Assembly (NCBI GenBank): GCA_014905635.1
Contig: JABVCE010000002.1
Location: 1,860,001 to 1,924,000, forward strand
DNA length: 64,000 nt
Source of the DNA: Scenedesmus sp. PABB004
Lineage: Eukaryota
Direction of reading: 5' to 3'
Position 1 is the stretch's first letter. Each line of letters begins with the position of its first letter. The translations under genes were made by a program, and so were the position numbers. The notes beneath the pieces are model-generated. The model was not told where the DNA came from. It saw only the letters and a list, made by a program, of their open reading frames with translations, and did not search any database. Of this stretch, positions 35,330 to 46,110 are shown piece after piece.

Positions 35330-38300
35330 ACCTGCGGCGAAGGCGCCTCCGCCCGCGAGCCCGTGTCGTCAAGCCGGGGCCCGCCGGGTTCCGCTGCTGT
35401 CGCAGGTGCCGCCAGCGCCCCTGTCGCTGCTTCCTCTGCCACATCGGCCTCCGCCGCCTCCGTGGCCACCTCGTCCAGCGTCACCTGCGCAACCGTCACC
35501 GGCTGCCACGCGCCGGCAGTGCTGCTCGCAGCCGCCTGCTGCTCGCCGAGGCGGCCGCCGTCGTCACTGTCCGCGGCTGCCGACAGCAGCCGCACCTGCG
35601 CCAGCGCCCACTCCAGGTCTACCAGCTCGCCGCGCCGGAGCGGCAGCCGCTGCAGCTTGGCCGCCTCTGCCGCCGCGGCCGAGGCGGGCGCGCGCAGGTC
35701 CAGCCCCGCCGTCGCCTGCCAGCTGGAGCGCGCCCAGGCGAGCGCCTCGGGCGCTGGCGCGAGCCCGACCCCGCCGGCGCCTGCCAGCGTGGCGATCGCC
35801 CACGTGGCCCGGGCCAGGTCTCCCAGCGGCACCACGCCCCAGATGCTCGACCGCGCCGCCAGCTCGCCGCAGGCGCGGCCCGCCAGCTGCAGCAGCCGCG
35901 CCCGCTCAGCGTCGCCGCCCGCGCCGCGCACCGTGCCCGCCAGCACCCACAGCAGCTGCGCCAGGGCGTCGGCCGCCAAGCCCTGCGGGTTGGGGCCGAC
36001 CGCCCCCAGGTATGCAGCCAGCAGCTGCCCGCCGGGCTGCACGCCCAGCTGCGCGAGGGCGGTCACCGACGCGATGACGTCCGCGGCCGCGTGCGGCCCG
36101 CCCGCCTCCGCGCCCGCCGCCTCCAGCAGCGCCGCCTCGAGCGGCCGCCACGGGGCGCCCGGCGCCGCGCCGCCGCCGGCGGGCGCCGCCGCCAGCCACT
36201 GCGGCGCGAGGCCGCCGCGCGCCGCCGACAGGCTGTGCAGTCGGGCGGTGCTCCGCAGCACCTCTGCCAGCCACGGCAGGCGCTGCTGCTGGGCCGTGAC
36301 ACCAAAGTGGCGCTCGACCCACCCCGGCGCGGCCTCGAGGGCAACGTCCGCCACGACCGCAGCGGCGTCGTCGCCGCCGGCCGGCGCGCCGCCCTCGCCG
36401 GCCGTCGCCTGCCAGCTGGCGGCCGCGTCGGCGAGGTCCAGGACCACCTGCAGCACGCTCAGCAGGCCGCGCCCGGAGCAGCCGGGCGCCGCCGCCTGCG
36501 CGCTCAGCGCTCTCACCACCTCGCCCGCGTCGCCCAGCAGCCGCGCGGCGTCCAGCTCCAGCAGCCGCAGCAGCTGGTCGCACAGCTGCAGCAGCCCCGC
36601 GTCCAGCTCGCCCGCGGCCTGCGGTGCGCCGCGCGCCGACCCCCGCGGCAGCAGCGCCAGCAGCGCCGGCAGGGCCTGAAACGCGGCGACCGGGTCCCGC
36701 GCCAGCGTCGTGGCGATCATGGCCGACACGAGCTGCACCTGCTGCGCCGGGGCGGCGGCGGCGCCGCCGGCCGCGTCTCGCGCGCGGGCCGCGCCGCCGT
36801 GGCGCCGCAGCACGTCCGCGAGCAGGCCAGAGCGGCTCGCGGACTCGCGCGCCGCGTAGGCCGCCGCGGCCGCGCCATACGGCAGGCTGTCCAGCAGCTG
36901 CTGCAGGCGCGGCGAGTGCAGCTGCTCCGCGCCGCCGCCCACCAGCCACGACCACACCAGCGCGACCGCTGCGTCGCGCTGGCTGCCGGGCAGCCGCAGC
37001 ACCGCCTCCACCGACAGCTCCGCCAGCTGCGCCTGCAGCTCGGCGAGCGCTGCGGCCTCCTCCGGCGACGCGGCGGCCGCGTCGCTGCTGCCGCACATCA
37101 GGTGCGCCACGCCATCACGGACGAGCCCCAGGCGCACATCGCGGTCGCCGCCGCCGCCGCCCCCGGCCCAGAGCCAGCCGCGGCGCTCCGCGTGCTCGCC
37201 CGCCGCCGCGAGCAGCAGCGCCAGCAGCTCCACCAGCAGCAGCGCCTCGCGGCCCGCCCGCTCGCCGTCGTCGCCGCCGTCGGCGCCCGCGACCAGCTGC
37301 GCCGGCAGCAGCGCGTGCGCGCGCCGTGCCGCCCAGGCCAGCGCGTGCGCAGCCCACGCCAGCGGCAGCAGCGGCGCGCTGCCGGCCTCGAGCTGCGCCT
37401 GCTGCGCCTGCTGCCGCCGGCAATGCGCGCAGAGCGTCTCGGTCGCGTCGCCCAGCTGCTGCGAGGTCCAACCCGCAAAGGACGACGACCCGGCCGTGGC
37501 GGACCAGGCCTCCAGGAAGCTGCCGGGCAGCACCACGCCGACCCCCTCCGCCGAGGCCAGCAGCTGCCGCAGCAACTCGTCAGGCAGGGCGGCGAGCTGC
37601 CCCTGCAGCGGCGGCAAAAGCAGCTCCGCAAACTCCTGCGTCGGCGAGCAGGGCGCGCGGCGCGGCCGCGCGGCGGCGCTCGGCGCGGCGGCGCTCGGCG
37701 CCGGCGCGACGGCGGCAGCGCAGCACACCCCGCCCCCCTCGACCATGCACGCACCTGCAGTCCCTGCAGCACCAGTGGGTGCGGGCTGGCGCGGGCGCCT
37801 GCGCCTGCGGCGCCCAGCACCGCGCCGTGCGCCTCCTGGGCGTACGTGGGCATCAGCAGCCACAGCGCCGCCAGGTGCGCCGCGTCAAAGCTGCCGGGGC
37901 GGTCGGTGCAGGCGGTCGCGGCCCCCGCGTGCGCAAACTGCAGCCCCTCGTGCAGGGAGCGGCTGGCCACGATGGCCGCCAGCAGCTGCTCCGGCGACGT
38001 CGCCGGCTCGGCCTCCGCGGCCGCCGCCGCCGCCGCCGCCTCTGCGGCTGCGCCCGGCTCCCTGGCCGCCGCGCCGCCATCGTCGCTGCTGCGCGGCGGC
38101 TGCGCCGCCGCCGCGCCGGCCGGCGCCGCCTGCTCGCCGGCCGGCTGCTGCGCGTCGGCCTGCGCCGCGGCGACCTGCTCCAGCAGGCGCAGCAGCTGCT
38201 GCACCTGCGGCGCCACGGCGGGCGTGACGAGGAGGTGCACCGCACTGCGGCGGGCGGGCGGCGGGGGCTGAGCGGCGACGCCGTGCGCGGGCCGGCGGCG

Positions 38301-38985
38301 GCCAGCGGTTTGTGGCGCGCGCGGCGGCGCACCCCGCGCACCCGCGGCCTTTCTCCTGCACCGTCACGCGCACGCCCTGCCCCCCGGGCTGCTGGCCGAG
38401 GCTGCTGCAGGTGAACGTGCGCGCGCCGAGCAGCACGTGGTGGTGCACCTCGCGCGGCGTGCCGCCGCCGCCGCCGCCGCCGCACGCCGCGGCCAGCGCG
38501 CCCTCCAGGACCTGCGCCAGCACGCCCGCCAGCGGCTGCGGCGCGACCAGCACCCACTCGCCGCCGGCGCCGTCGCGCTCCTCGAGCCGCAGCAGCGGCG
38601 GCCCGCCGCGCGGGCGCCGCACGCCGCACGCGAAGCTGGACGCCCCCACCTGTCGGGCGGCGGGTTGTGGGGCGTCGGGCGGTGCCCCAGGCACCGGCGC
38701 CCCCCCCCCCCCCCCCCCCCCCACCGGCGCGGCGTGGCGCGGAGCGCGCACCGCGAAGGCGACGCCCTCGACTGCTGCCGGCTCCTGCAGCACCCCGCTG
38801 CCCCCGCCCGACGCGCTGACGGTCCCGGGCGCGAGGGATCGCCGCGTCGCAGCTCCCCCGACGGCCGGCGCCGGGCGCGGTGCCGCGCGCCGCGCGGGAG
38901 GGCGGGCCGCGCCGGCGCGCCCGCCCGCGCAGCGCGCGTGCGCCCGCGGGCGCCCGCCCGACGGCGCGAGGGCGCGGGCATGCAT
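32934..38985 (-). CDS. Very large Ala/Leu-rich helical-repeat protein, OPR-like (putative organellar RNA-binding), with a polyQ linker
   Basis: Degenerate repeats such as LARATWAIATL, EVLQVLWACATWRVLPPSGWL, ICHCLWRLGVQPADGFV and LSVLCFCLGVWQHAPGAVW; Arg/Ala-rich transit-peptide-like start; polyQ ~35170-35330; frameshift near 34625. Confidence 0.6.
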
Positions 38986-39269
38986 GCTGCGGTACCGCTG
39001 CCGCAGCCGCGGCGGGGGTCGCGCCCGCGCCGCCCCGGTGCCCGCTGCTGCCGCGACGGCGGCGGCGGCAGCGGCGGCTCCCGCGCCGGCCCCCGATGAT
39101 GACGCTCTCGCGGGGTGCTGGGACGGTTGAATGGTCACGCAGGGACGGCCAAGCCGCGGGAGACGCGGGAGCGCACGCGCGCGCGCGCCGGCTCGCTAAA
39201 GCGCGAGGGCGCAGCGCCGGCCGAGCTGAAGCGCGCCCGGCAGCATGCCCCGCCGGGGCGGTAGGTCAC

Positions 39270-40690
39270 AGCATATGTGTGTGTCGATTACATTGAGCGG
39301 GGCCCTGAGCTTTTCCGGCGCGTGCGCGTCCCACGCCGCCTGGCGGGCCTCCTGACCCGCTCCGACGACCGCACGCGTCTGTGCCCTCCATGCGAGACCA
39401 GCCGCGCGGCACGCAAGCGGGAGCGCTGCTTGCCGGCAAGCCGGCGCAGGGCGTGTAGCGAGCATGGCGCGGCCCAGGCGCGCGCAACTCACCAGCACAC
39501 CCACCTGCACGCCGCCCTTTGGTCTCGACCGCGCGCCGGACCGTGGCACAAGGCAGAAGAACCGCGGCGAGGACCAACCCCCGCGCGCCCCCGCGGCGGC
39601 CCAATGTTGTTGTTGTTGGTTACACGGCGGGGCCCGGTACGCTCCGGGCGGTTGAGCGTCCCACATCGGAACGCCTGGCGGGCCTGACCAACTCCCTCCC
39701 CGCCACCGCACGTGTCTGTGTCCTCCAAGTGCGACCAACCGAGCAGCCCGCAAGCGGGACCACATGCTGGCAAGCCGGCGCAGGGCGTGTAGCGAGCATG
39801 GCGCGGCCCAGGCGCGCGCAACTCACCAGCAAACCCACCTGCATGCCGCCCTCTGGTCTCGACCGCGCGCCGGACCGTGGCACAAGGCAGAAGAACCGCG
39901 GCGAGGACCAACCCCCGCGCGCCCCCGCCCCGCCGCCGCCCCCCGCGACCGACGCCGCCTTCTCCCCCCACCCCAGTCGCACGCACGCCCAGCCCGGCGG
40001 TGCCCCGGGACCCCACACACACCGGCCTACAGAACAGGCAGCGGGGCCGCACCAAACACACACGCCCGCACACACACAAAGAGCCTCATGCACCGGCCTG
40101 CAGCCAGATGCGCGGCGCCGCCCGTGGGTCGGCGTCGTCCGGCAGGGTGCAGAGGAAGGGGTGCTGCGCAGGGACCTGCGCAGACCACTGTCGCGGGGCC
40201 GCGCGGCACGCAACAAAGTCTGCCAGCCAGGCCCAGAACGACGCCACCGCCGCTTGCTGGGCCTGCTGCAGCCGCCGCGCGCGCTCGCTCTCGGCCGCCG
40301 CCGCTTGTCGCTGCTGCTGCGCCTCGGGGGGAGGCGCAGCGGGCAGCATGCTAGAGATGAGGCGCTGGCCCGCAGCCGCGGCGCGCTCAGCACGCCGGGC
40401 ACGCGCGGCCGGCCGCGCGTCCTCCTCCCTCTTGGCCTGGAGGGCCGCGAGGTTGGCGGCGCGCCGGCCGGTGTCCATGGCCGCGAGCGCGGCCAGGCAC
40501 ACCACGCGCCACACGCCCGAGTGCAGCCGCCGCGCGCCGGCGCGCCGCGCCGCCGGCGGTGGCGCGAGCATGAGCCAGACGTGCTCGCGGCGCAGGCGCG
40601 GCGCGCCATCGGCCGGGCGCGCACCACTCGGCGGGCAGCGAGTCGAGCATGGCTCGCACCACCGCCTGCGCGATAGGACACGCCCAAAGG
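39270..40690 (-). mobile_element. 5'-truncated non-LTR retrotransposon (L1-like LINE) fragment with two tandem 3' ends
   Basis: Minus strand LWACPIAQAVV (tail of a zf-RVT-like knuckle), then EHVWL..PP..LHSGVWRVVCLAALAAM...AVASFWAWLADF...W...VPAQHPFL, resembling chlorophyte LINE ORF2 C-termini; stop at 40086. The 3' region is duplicated (~39300-39595 vs ~39650-39925); each copy ends in TGTAA plus a short microsatellite. Confidence 0.7.
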
Positions 40691-40858
40691 TCGGGAGCCC
40701 GAAAGACCGACCCCGCCCGGGAGCCTCGAGGGAGGCCCCTGGGCCCGAGAAACGTCGGTGTGAGGGGGGTTGGTGTTTGATGTCGTGCATTTATTTATCA
40801 CACCAACGCCCCCCGCAGCAACGAGATGTTGAGGGGTCACCTGATGCGTGTGTCTCAG

Positions 40859-40930
40859 GGCTCGCTAGCACAATGGTAGTGCGTCTGACTCCAGATCAGA
40901 AGGTTGTAGGTTCGACTCCTGCGCGGGTCA
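40859..40930 (+). tRNA. trnW-CCA: tRNA-Trp (anticodon CCA), intronless
   Basis: Acceptor stem GGCTCGC/GCGGGTC, D arm GCAC-AATGGTA-GTGC, anticodon arm TCTGA-CTCCAGA-TCAGA (CCA at 40891-40893), T arm GTAGG-TTCGACT-CCTGC. Confidence 0.96.
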
Positions 40931-40931
40931 C

Positions 40932-40936
40932 TTTTT
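40932..40936 (+). terminator. RNA polymerase III terminator (T5) of tRNA-Trp
   Basis: TTTTT one base after the discriminator base. Confidence 0.8.
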
Positions 40937-41095
40937 ATAATACAAGATTGGCAAGATTTTGGACCATATTTGTTGCATTTTGGGTTGTGGGAGGCACGTG
41001 GGAGGGTTTGGGGAGGGTTTGGGGGGCAATGCGGGGGTGTGGGAGGGTCACACGAACGCTGCAGCAGTCGTGATTCACCCCCCTCCCTCGTTTTG

Positions 41096-41143
41096 CAAGC
41101 AAGGGATAGCAAGGATAGCAAGGGTAGCAAGGGTAGCAAGGGG
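41096..41143. repeat. Short minisatellite of ~9-bp unit (GCAAGGGTA-like), 4-5 copies
   Basis: caagc aagggatagc aaggatagc aagggtagc aagggtagc aagggg. Confidence 0.75.
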
Positions 41144-42234
41144 CAGGACGCCCTGTGTCGGCCTGAGCGGCCGCTGGGCGCGGTGCGGTCGCTGCGGCGC
41201 CGCGCCCTGCGCCGTGCCCTGCACCGCCGCCGCAGCCGTCGCTGCCGAGCGCGCATTGGTGCCCCTGGCTGCTGGTGGCCGTCTGTGGTCGCTTGCTTGT
41301 GTTCGACGACAGGCGTCTGCAGCTGCGCGGCGACGGGCGATGGAGCGCGGCAGCAGCGGCGCCGGCGGCAGCGGCAGCGGCAGCGGCGGCGCAGCGGCGC
41401 GCGGCAGCGGGCGGCGCCCGTCGCCGCGCGGCCGCCGTGCAGACGGCGCCCGCGCCGGGGCAGCCGCGCGGCGCCGGCGAGCCGGCCCCCAGCAGCGGCA
41501 GCGCCAGCAGCAGCGGCCGCGGCGGGGGGGCCGGCACGGCGCCATGCACGGCGCCATGCTGCCATCCGGGGGCACTCCAGCGCGCTCCTGCCACGCGCCC
41601 GCGGCGCTGAGCCTCTCAAGCCTCCCTGCACCCGGCTGAGCTCGCGCAGGACGGCGGCAATGGGCGGCAACGCGGCGGCGGCGCGCTGACCGCGGTGCAG
41701 CCTGCTCGTCGGCGGCGTCGAGGCATGCCCTGGGCGCGCGCTGCCGGCCCTGGACCGTGGATTGGCCACGCTGATGCCGGGCGGCACCGGCCGGGCTGCC
41801 TGCGATGCTGCACCCGCCTGCCTTCATGCCGCTCACCGCCCGCGGGTCAGCGAATCATTTTGCAGATGTGGAAGCATTTTTGGAGGTTTTCAGGGTTGTG
41901 GAGGCACGGGGAAGGTTTTGGGAGGGTTTTGGGGGGGGTTGGGAGGGTTTGGGGGGTTTGGGAGGGCCTGCTGATTGTGATTGTTGGCAGCAATGCTGCT
42001 GGGAGAGCGCAGAGCGCAGAGTGCAGAGCGCAGCGGGAGAGGCGCAGGGAGGTGCATGCAGCGTCGGCGTCGGCAGCGCCCGCAGCGCGCGCCGGCGGCG
42101 CTGGCACGGCGGCGCGCGCCTCGGGGAGGGCCCAGGCGGGCGCCGAGGTCCCAGCCCAGAGTGCATTGCAGCGCATCGCAGCCCACACAGCAGCCCCACC
42201 GCAGCGCCCCGCCCACGACGGGCCCTACGCCGGC

Positions 42235-45200
42235 ATGCAGCGCGCCGCCGCCGGCGCGGCGGCCGCGGCGGCCCGGCGGCAGCGGCAGCGGCGCCGCTGC
42301 CAGTGGCGCGTGTGCTGGCAGCGGCGCGGGTGCTGGCAGCGGCGGCACGACCGCGTGGCGCGGCCGGGGAGCAGCAGGGGAGCAGCAGGGGAGCGGGGCG
42401 CCGGCCGGCGGCATCAGAGCATCAGCAGCATCAGGAGCAGCAGCGGCGCCCCCGCTGCTCCAGCAGCAGCAGCAGCGTGCGGGCGCAGCAGGGCGCACCG
42501 CCAGAGCTTCGCCGGCCTGCGGCCGGCGCGGCAGGGGCCGCCGCCCGGCCGCGGCATGGGCGCGCCGGCGGCGGCGGCGGGCCGGCGCCGGGCCGGCGGC
42601 GGCGCTGCGGCGCTGCGGCGCCGGGCCCGGCGCCCGGCCGGGCGGCGCGGGGGCCGGCGGGCCGGCGGGCCGGCGCGAGCCCCCGCCACGGCAGGCGCGC
42701 GCGCCGCCGCGGCTGGCGGGCGATGCTGCCGCTCCCGTCGCCGGCGTGGGGCCCGCGACCGAGCTGCTCGGGAGGCGCCGCCGGCGGCCTCGCGTCGCCG
42801 CGCGCGCGTCGCCGCCGCGGCACGGCGGCGGGCCACATAAGCCCGCCGCGCCGCCCGCCCTCCCTAGCAGGCGCCCCGCCCTGAGCCAGGTCGCACCCCG
42901 CCCGTGCTGTTCACCCGCGCGCACGCGCCGCGCCGCCGCGCCATGCAGGCGCACGCGCCGCCCCCAGCCCCCGCGGGCGGCCCGCAGCACCCGCAGCCGC
43001 AGCCGCAGCCGCAGCCGCAGCAGCCGCAGCACCCGCAGCAGCAGGCGGCCGCCGCCGGCGCGGCCGGCGCGGCCGGCGCCGCCGGCCCCGCCGCCGCCGG
43101 CCCCGCCGCCGGCCCCGCCGCCGCCGGCCCCGCCGCCGCCGGCCCCGCCGCCCCCGGCCAGGCCGCCGCGGCCGGCGGCGCCGACAGCGACGGCGACACC
43201 GACGCCGACGCCGACGACGACGCCCCCCGGGCGCCGGCATCGGCCGCCCGCGCGGGCCCGAGGCCGCCGCCGCGCGCGCCGCGCAGGCGGCCGAGCTGCA
43301 GGCCAGCGCGGCCGCGGCGCGCCGCGCGGTGGTCGCGACGTACGAGCCCGACTGCGACCTCGTGTGCGTCAACGTCGCCGCGCCCGACGCGCGGCGCTGC
43401 GCGGAGCAGGCGGGCCGGCTGCTGCGCGCGCTCGTGGACAACGACACGCCCGAGGCCTGCATCGCCCACTCCGGCCAGGTGCGGCGGCGCGCCTGGGCGC
43501 GCGCGGCGCGCCTCGGCGCGCGCGCGCCTGCTTCACCGCTTCACCGCTCACCGCTGCCGCGCCGCCGCCGCCCCGCCCGCCCGCCCGCCCGCCCGCCCGG
43601 CCCCTCTGTCGCAGCCGCGCCCCGCCGGCCACCACGCCACCGCGCGGTGGACCGTGGCGGTCGTCTTCCCGCTGCGCCGCGGCGACCTCACGCCCGTCGC
43701 GGCGCTGGCGGTCGCGGGGCTCAAGCTGATTCTGCGCAGCGTCAAGCCGCTGATGCAGCCGGGCGCGGGCGGCGTCGGCGGCGCGGCCGCGACGGACCTG
43801 CAGACCAAGGCGCGCCGCGGCGCGCGCGCGGGCGGGCTGCGCGCCGCGCCCGCTCCCCGCGCCCCGCGCGCCCCGCGCGCCCCGCGCGCCCTGCGCGGCC
43901 CGACGCGGCGATGCCAAGGGGCGCGACGGGCTCGCCGAGCGTGAAGCGCGTCAGCGTGAGCGCGCGCGCAGAGTAGCCGCCGCCGCTGGCCAGGTGGAGG
44001 TACGACGGCCCCTGTGCGCGTCGTACCTCCACCTGGCCAGCGGCGGCGGCTCCCCCGCGCGGTTGGCCCGCGGGCGGGCGGGCAGGCGTGTGGGCGGCGG
44101 GCGCCGGGCCGCGGCGGCCCTTGACCGGCACGGGGATAGGCCGCCCTCTCCATATCCCCGCGCCGCGCCGCGCGCCCCGCGCGCCGCGCGCGGCCCGCCG
44201 CCCACACACGCCCACACGCCCGCCCGCCCGCCCGCCCGCCCCTGCCGACCAACCTCGCGCGCAGGGGCCATCATACCTGCACCTCGCCAGCGGCGGCGGC
44301 TACTCCGCGTGCACGCTCGCGCTGATCAGCCTGACGCTCGCCGACACCGTCGCGCCCTTTGGCATCGCCACGCTCGAGGCGCTGGCCGCGGGCGGCTGCT
44401 CGCCCGCCGACTGGCTCGACGCCGACGCCGACGCGCACAGCGCGGCGGCGGTGGCGCACCACATGGCCACGCACGCCAAGGACGAGAAGGGTGCGCGCGC
44501 GGGGGGCGCGGCGGGCGCGGCGGGCGCGGCGGGCCGCTGCGGCGCGCGCCGCCCGCGCGGCGCGCCGCCGTGGCGCGCGCGCGCGCCCCGCCCTCCTTGC
44601 TCGCCCCTGATCCCCCCCCCCCCGCCGCGCGCGCGCGCCGCGCGCCCGCAGCCGTGGCGTTCTACGCGCGCTCCGCCGACCACTACGGCGCGAGCCTCGC
44701 GCCCGGCGTGCCGGGCGCGTCGTTCTTTGACGCGCCCGGCTGCCGCATCACGCTGCAACACCTCAGCGCCACGCAGCAGCAGCGCGAGGCGCTGCGCAAG
44801 GCGACGCACGCGGGCAACACGCAGCGCATCGGTGCGCGGCGCGCGCGGCGCGCCCGCGTGCCTCCCCCCTCGCCGCCTGCTGCTGGGCGCTCGCTAGCAC
44901 ACAAGCCCGAGCTCACTCCTCGCCCCCGCCCGCCCCCGCCCGCCCCGCGACAGCGTGCCCCTTCGCCGCGGCCACGGCCGCGCGCGTGCGCTGCGCGGAG
45001 CAGGGCTTTGTGCCGCCCGCCTTCCCCGCCCCGCCGCCGCTGCCCGAGCTCCCCCCCGCGGCCACCCTGCCCTACGCCGGCGTCGAGTGCGCGGCCACGT
45101 ACTCGCTCAACGGCGCCGGTGCGGCGCGCGGCGGGGCGGCGGTTGCGCGCGCGCGCCGCTGCCGCCGCGCCCGCGCGCCCCGGGCGCGCGCACGGCGCGC

Positions 45201-46110
45201 GCGAGGCCCGGGCGCCGCGCTCACCCCCGCTCTCCCTCTGCCCCTCTGCCCCCTCTCCCTCTGCCCCTCTCCCCACCCCTCTCAGCCACCGACGTCGGCA
45301 ACCTCATCCGCGTGAGCATGTTTGACTCCATGCCGCGCCTCGGCCCGGCGCTCGACGCGCTGGTGCTGCTGCGGCACGACCTGATGGAGTGCACGACGCT
45401 CGCAATCAACCTCGGGTGCGCCGCCGCCCGCGCGCGCCGCCCGCGTGGCCGCCGCCTGCCGCGCGACGCTCGCCGCGCGCGCAAGCGACGCGCCCGTCGG
45501 CCCGCGCGTGCATCTGCCCGGGGATGGCCATCCCCGGGCAAATGCACGCGCTGTTCGACCGCATGCGCGTGCGCAAGCTGCGGAACTGGTGCGCGCGCGC
45601 GTGTGTGTGCCGCGCGCGCGCGTGTGTGTGCTGCGCGGGCGCGGGCGCGGCGCGTTGCTTGCGCGCACGGCGAGCGCCGCGCGGCAGACGGCGGCCGCGC
45701 GGCGCTCGCGCGACGGCGGCGCACCTGAGGTTGTGGACACGTGCTTGTCTGTAAACGTGTTGCCGCGCGGGGAGCGCACCGCGCACACATTCACGGAGCA
45801 CGTGCACAACCTCAGGTGCCCGCAAGCGCCGCGCGGCCGACGCCGACGCCCCGTGGCGCGCCTCTGCCCTGCTCGTGCGTGTGCGTGTGTGCTGCGGCCC
45901 GCGCCCCGCGGCCCGCGCCCCGCGGCCCGGCGCGTGTTGCAGTCGGGCACGCCGGGCGCGAGGCTCGCGCCGAGGTCCGCAGAGTGTTCGCGCACGCTGT
46001 GGGCCTCCACGGCGCGAGCCTCGCGCCCGGCACGCCGGGCGCGTCGTTCTGCGACGCGTCATTCTGCGACGCGTCGTTCTGCGACGTGCCTGACGACTGC
46101 AGCATCAAGT
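42235..46110 (+). pseudogene. Multi-exon gene of unknown family, apparently disrupted by local inverted duplications; boundaries uncertain
   Basis: Exon-like blocks with coding bias and splice sites: VATYEPDCDLVCVNV...HSGQ, RWTVAVVFPLRRG...LQTK, GPSYLHLASGGGYS...KDEKG, AFYARSADHYGASLAPG...TQRI, FVPPAFP...YSLNG, TDVGNLIRVSMFDS...AINLG, MAIPGQMHALFDRMRVRKLRNW, HTFTEHVHNL. The 3' exons lack clean acceptors. Confidence 0.5.

Noticed and set aside
35170..35330. Apparent poly-Cys/poly-Leu or metallothionein-like peptides (also near 15520 and 60200)
   Set aside because: They are alternative-frame readings of CAG/GCA repeats that encode polyQ or polyA in the real frame.
33721..38271. 1516-aa plus-strand ORF and other very long Arg/Ala/Pro-rich ORFs (e.g. 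25948-29742 minus, 210-3188 minus)
   Set aside because: They are antisense or off-frame shadows of real genes; stop codons are rare at this GC content.
40859..40930. tRNA-derived SINE head or suppressor tRNA
   Set aside because: The cloverleaf is complete, the CCA anticodon is the standard Trp one, and an immediate T5 terminator follows, consistent with a normal gene.
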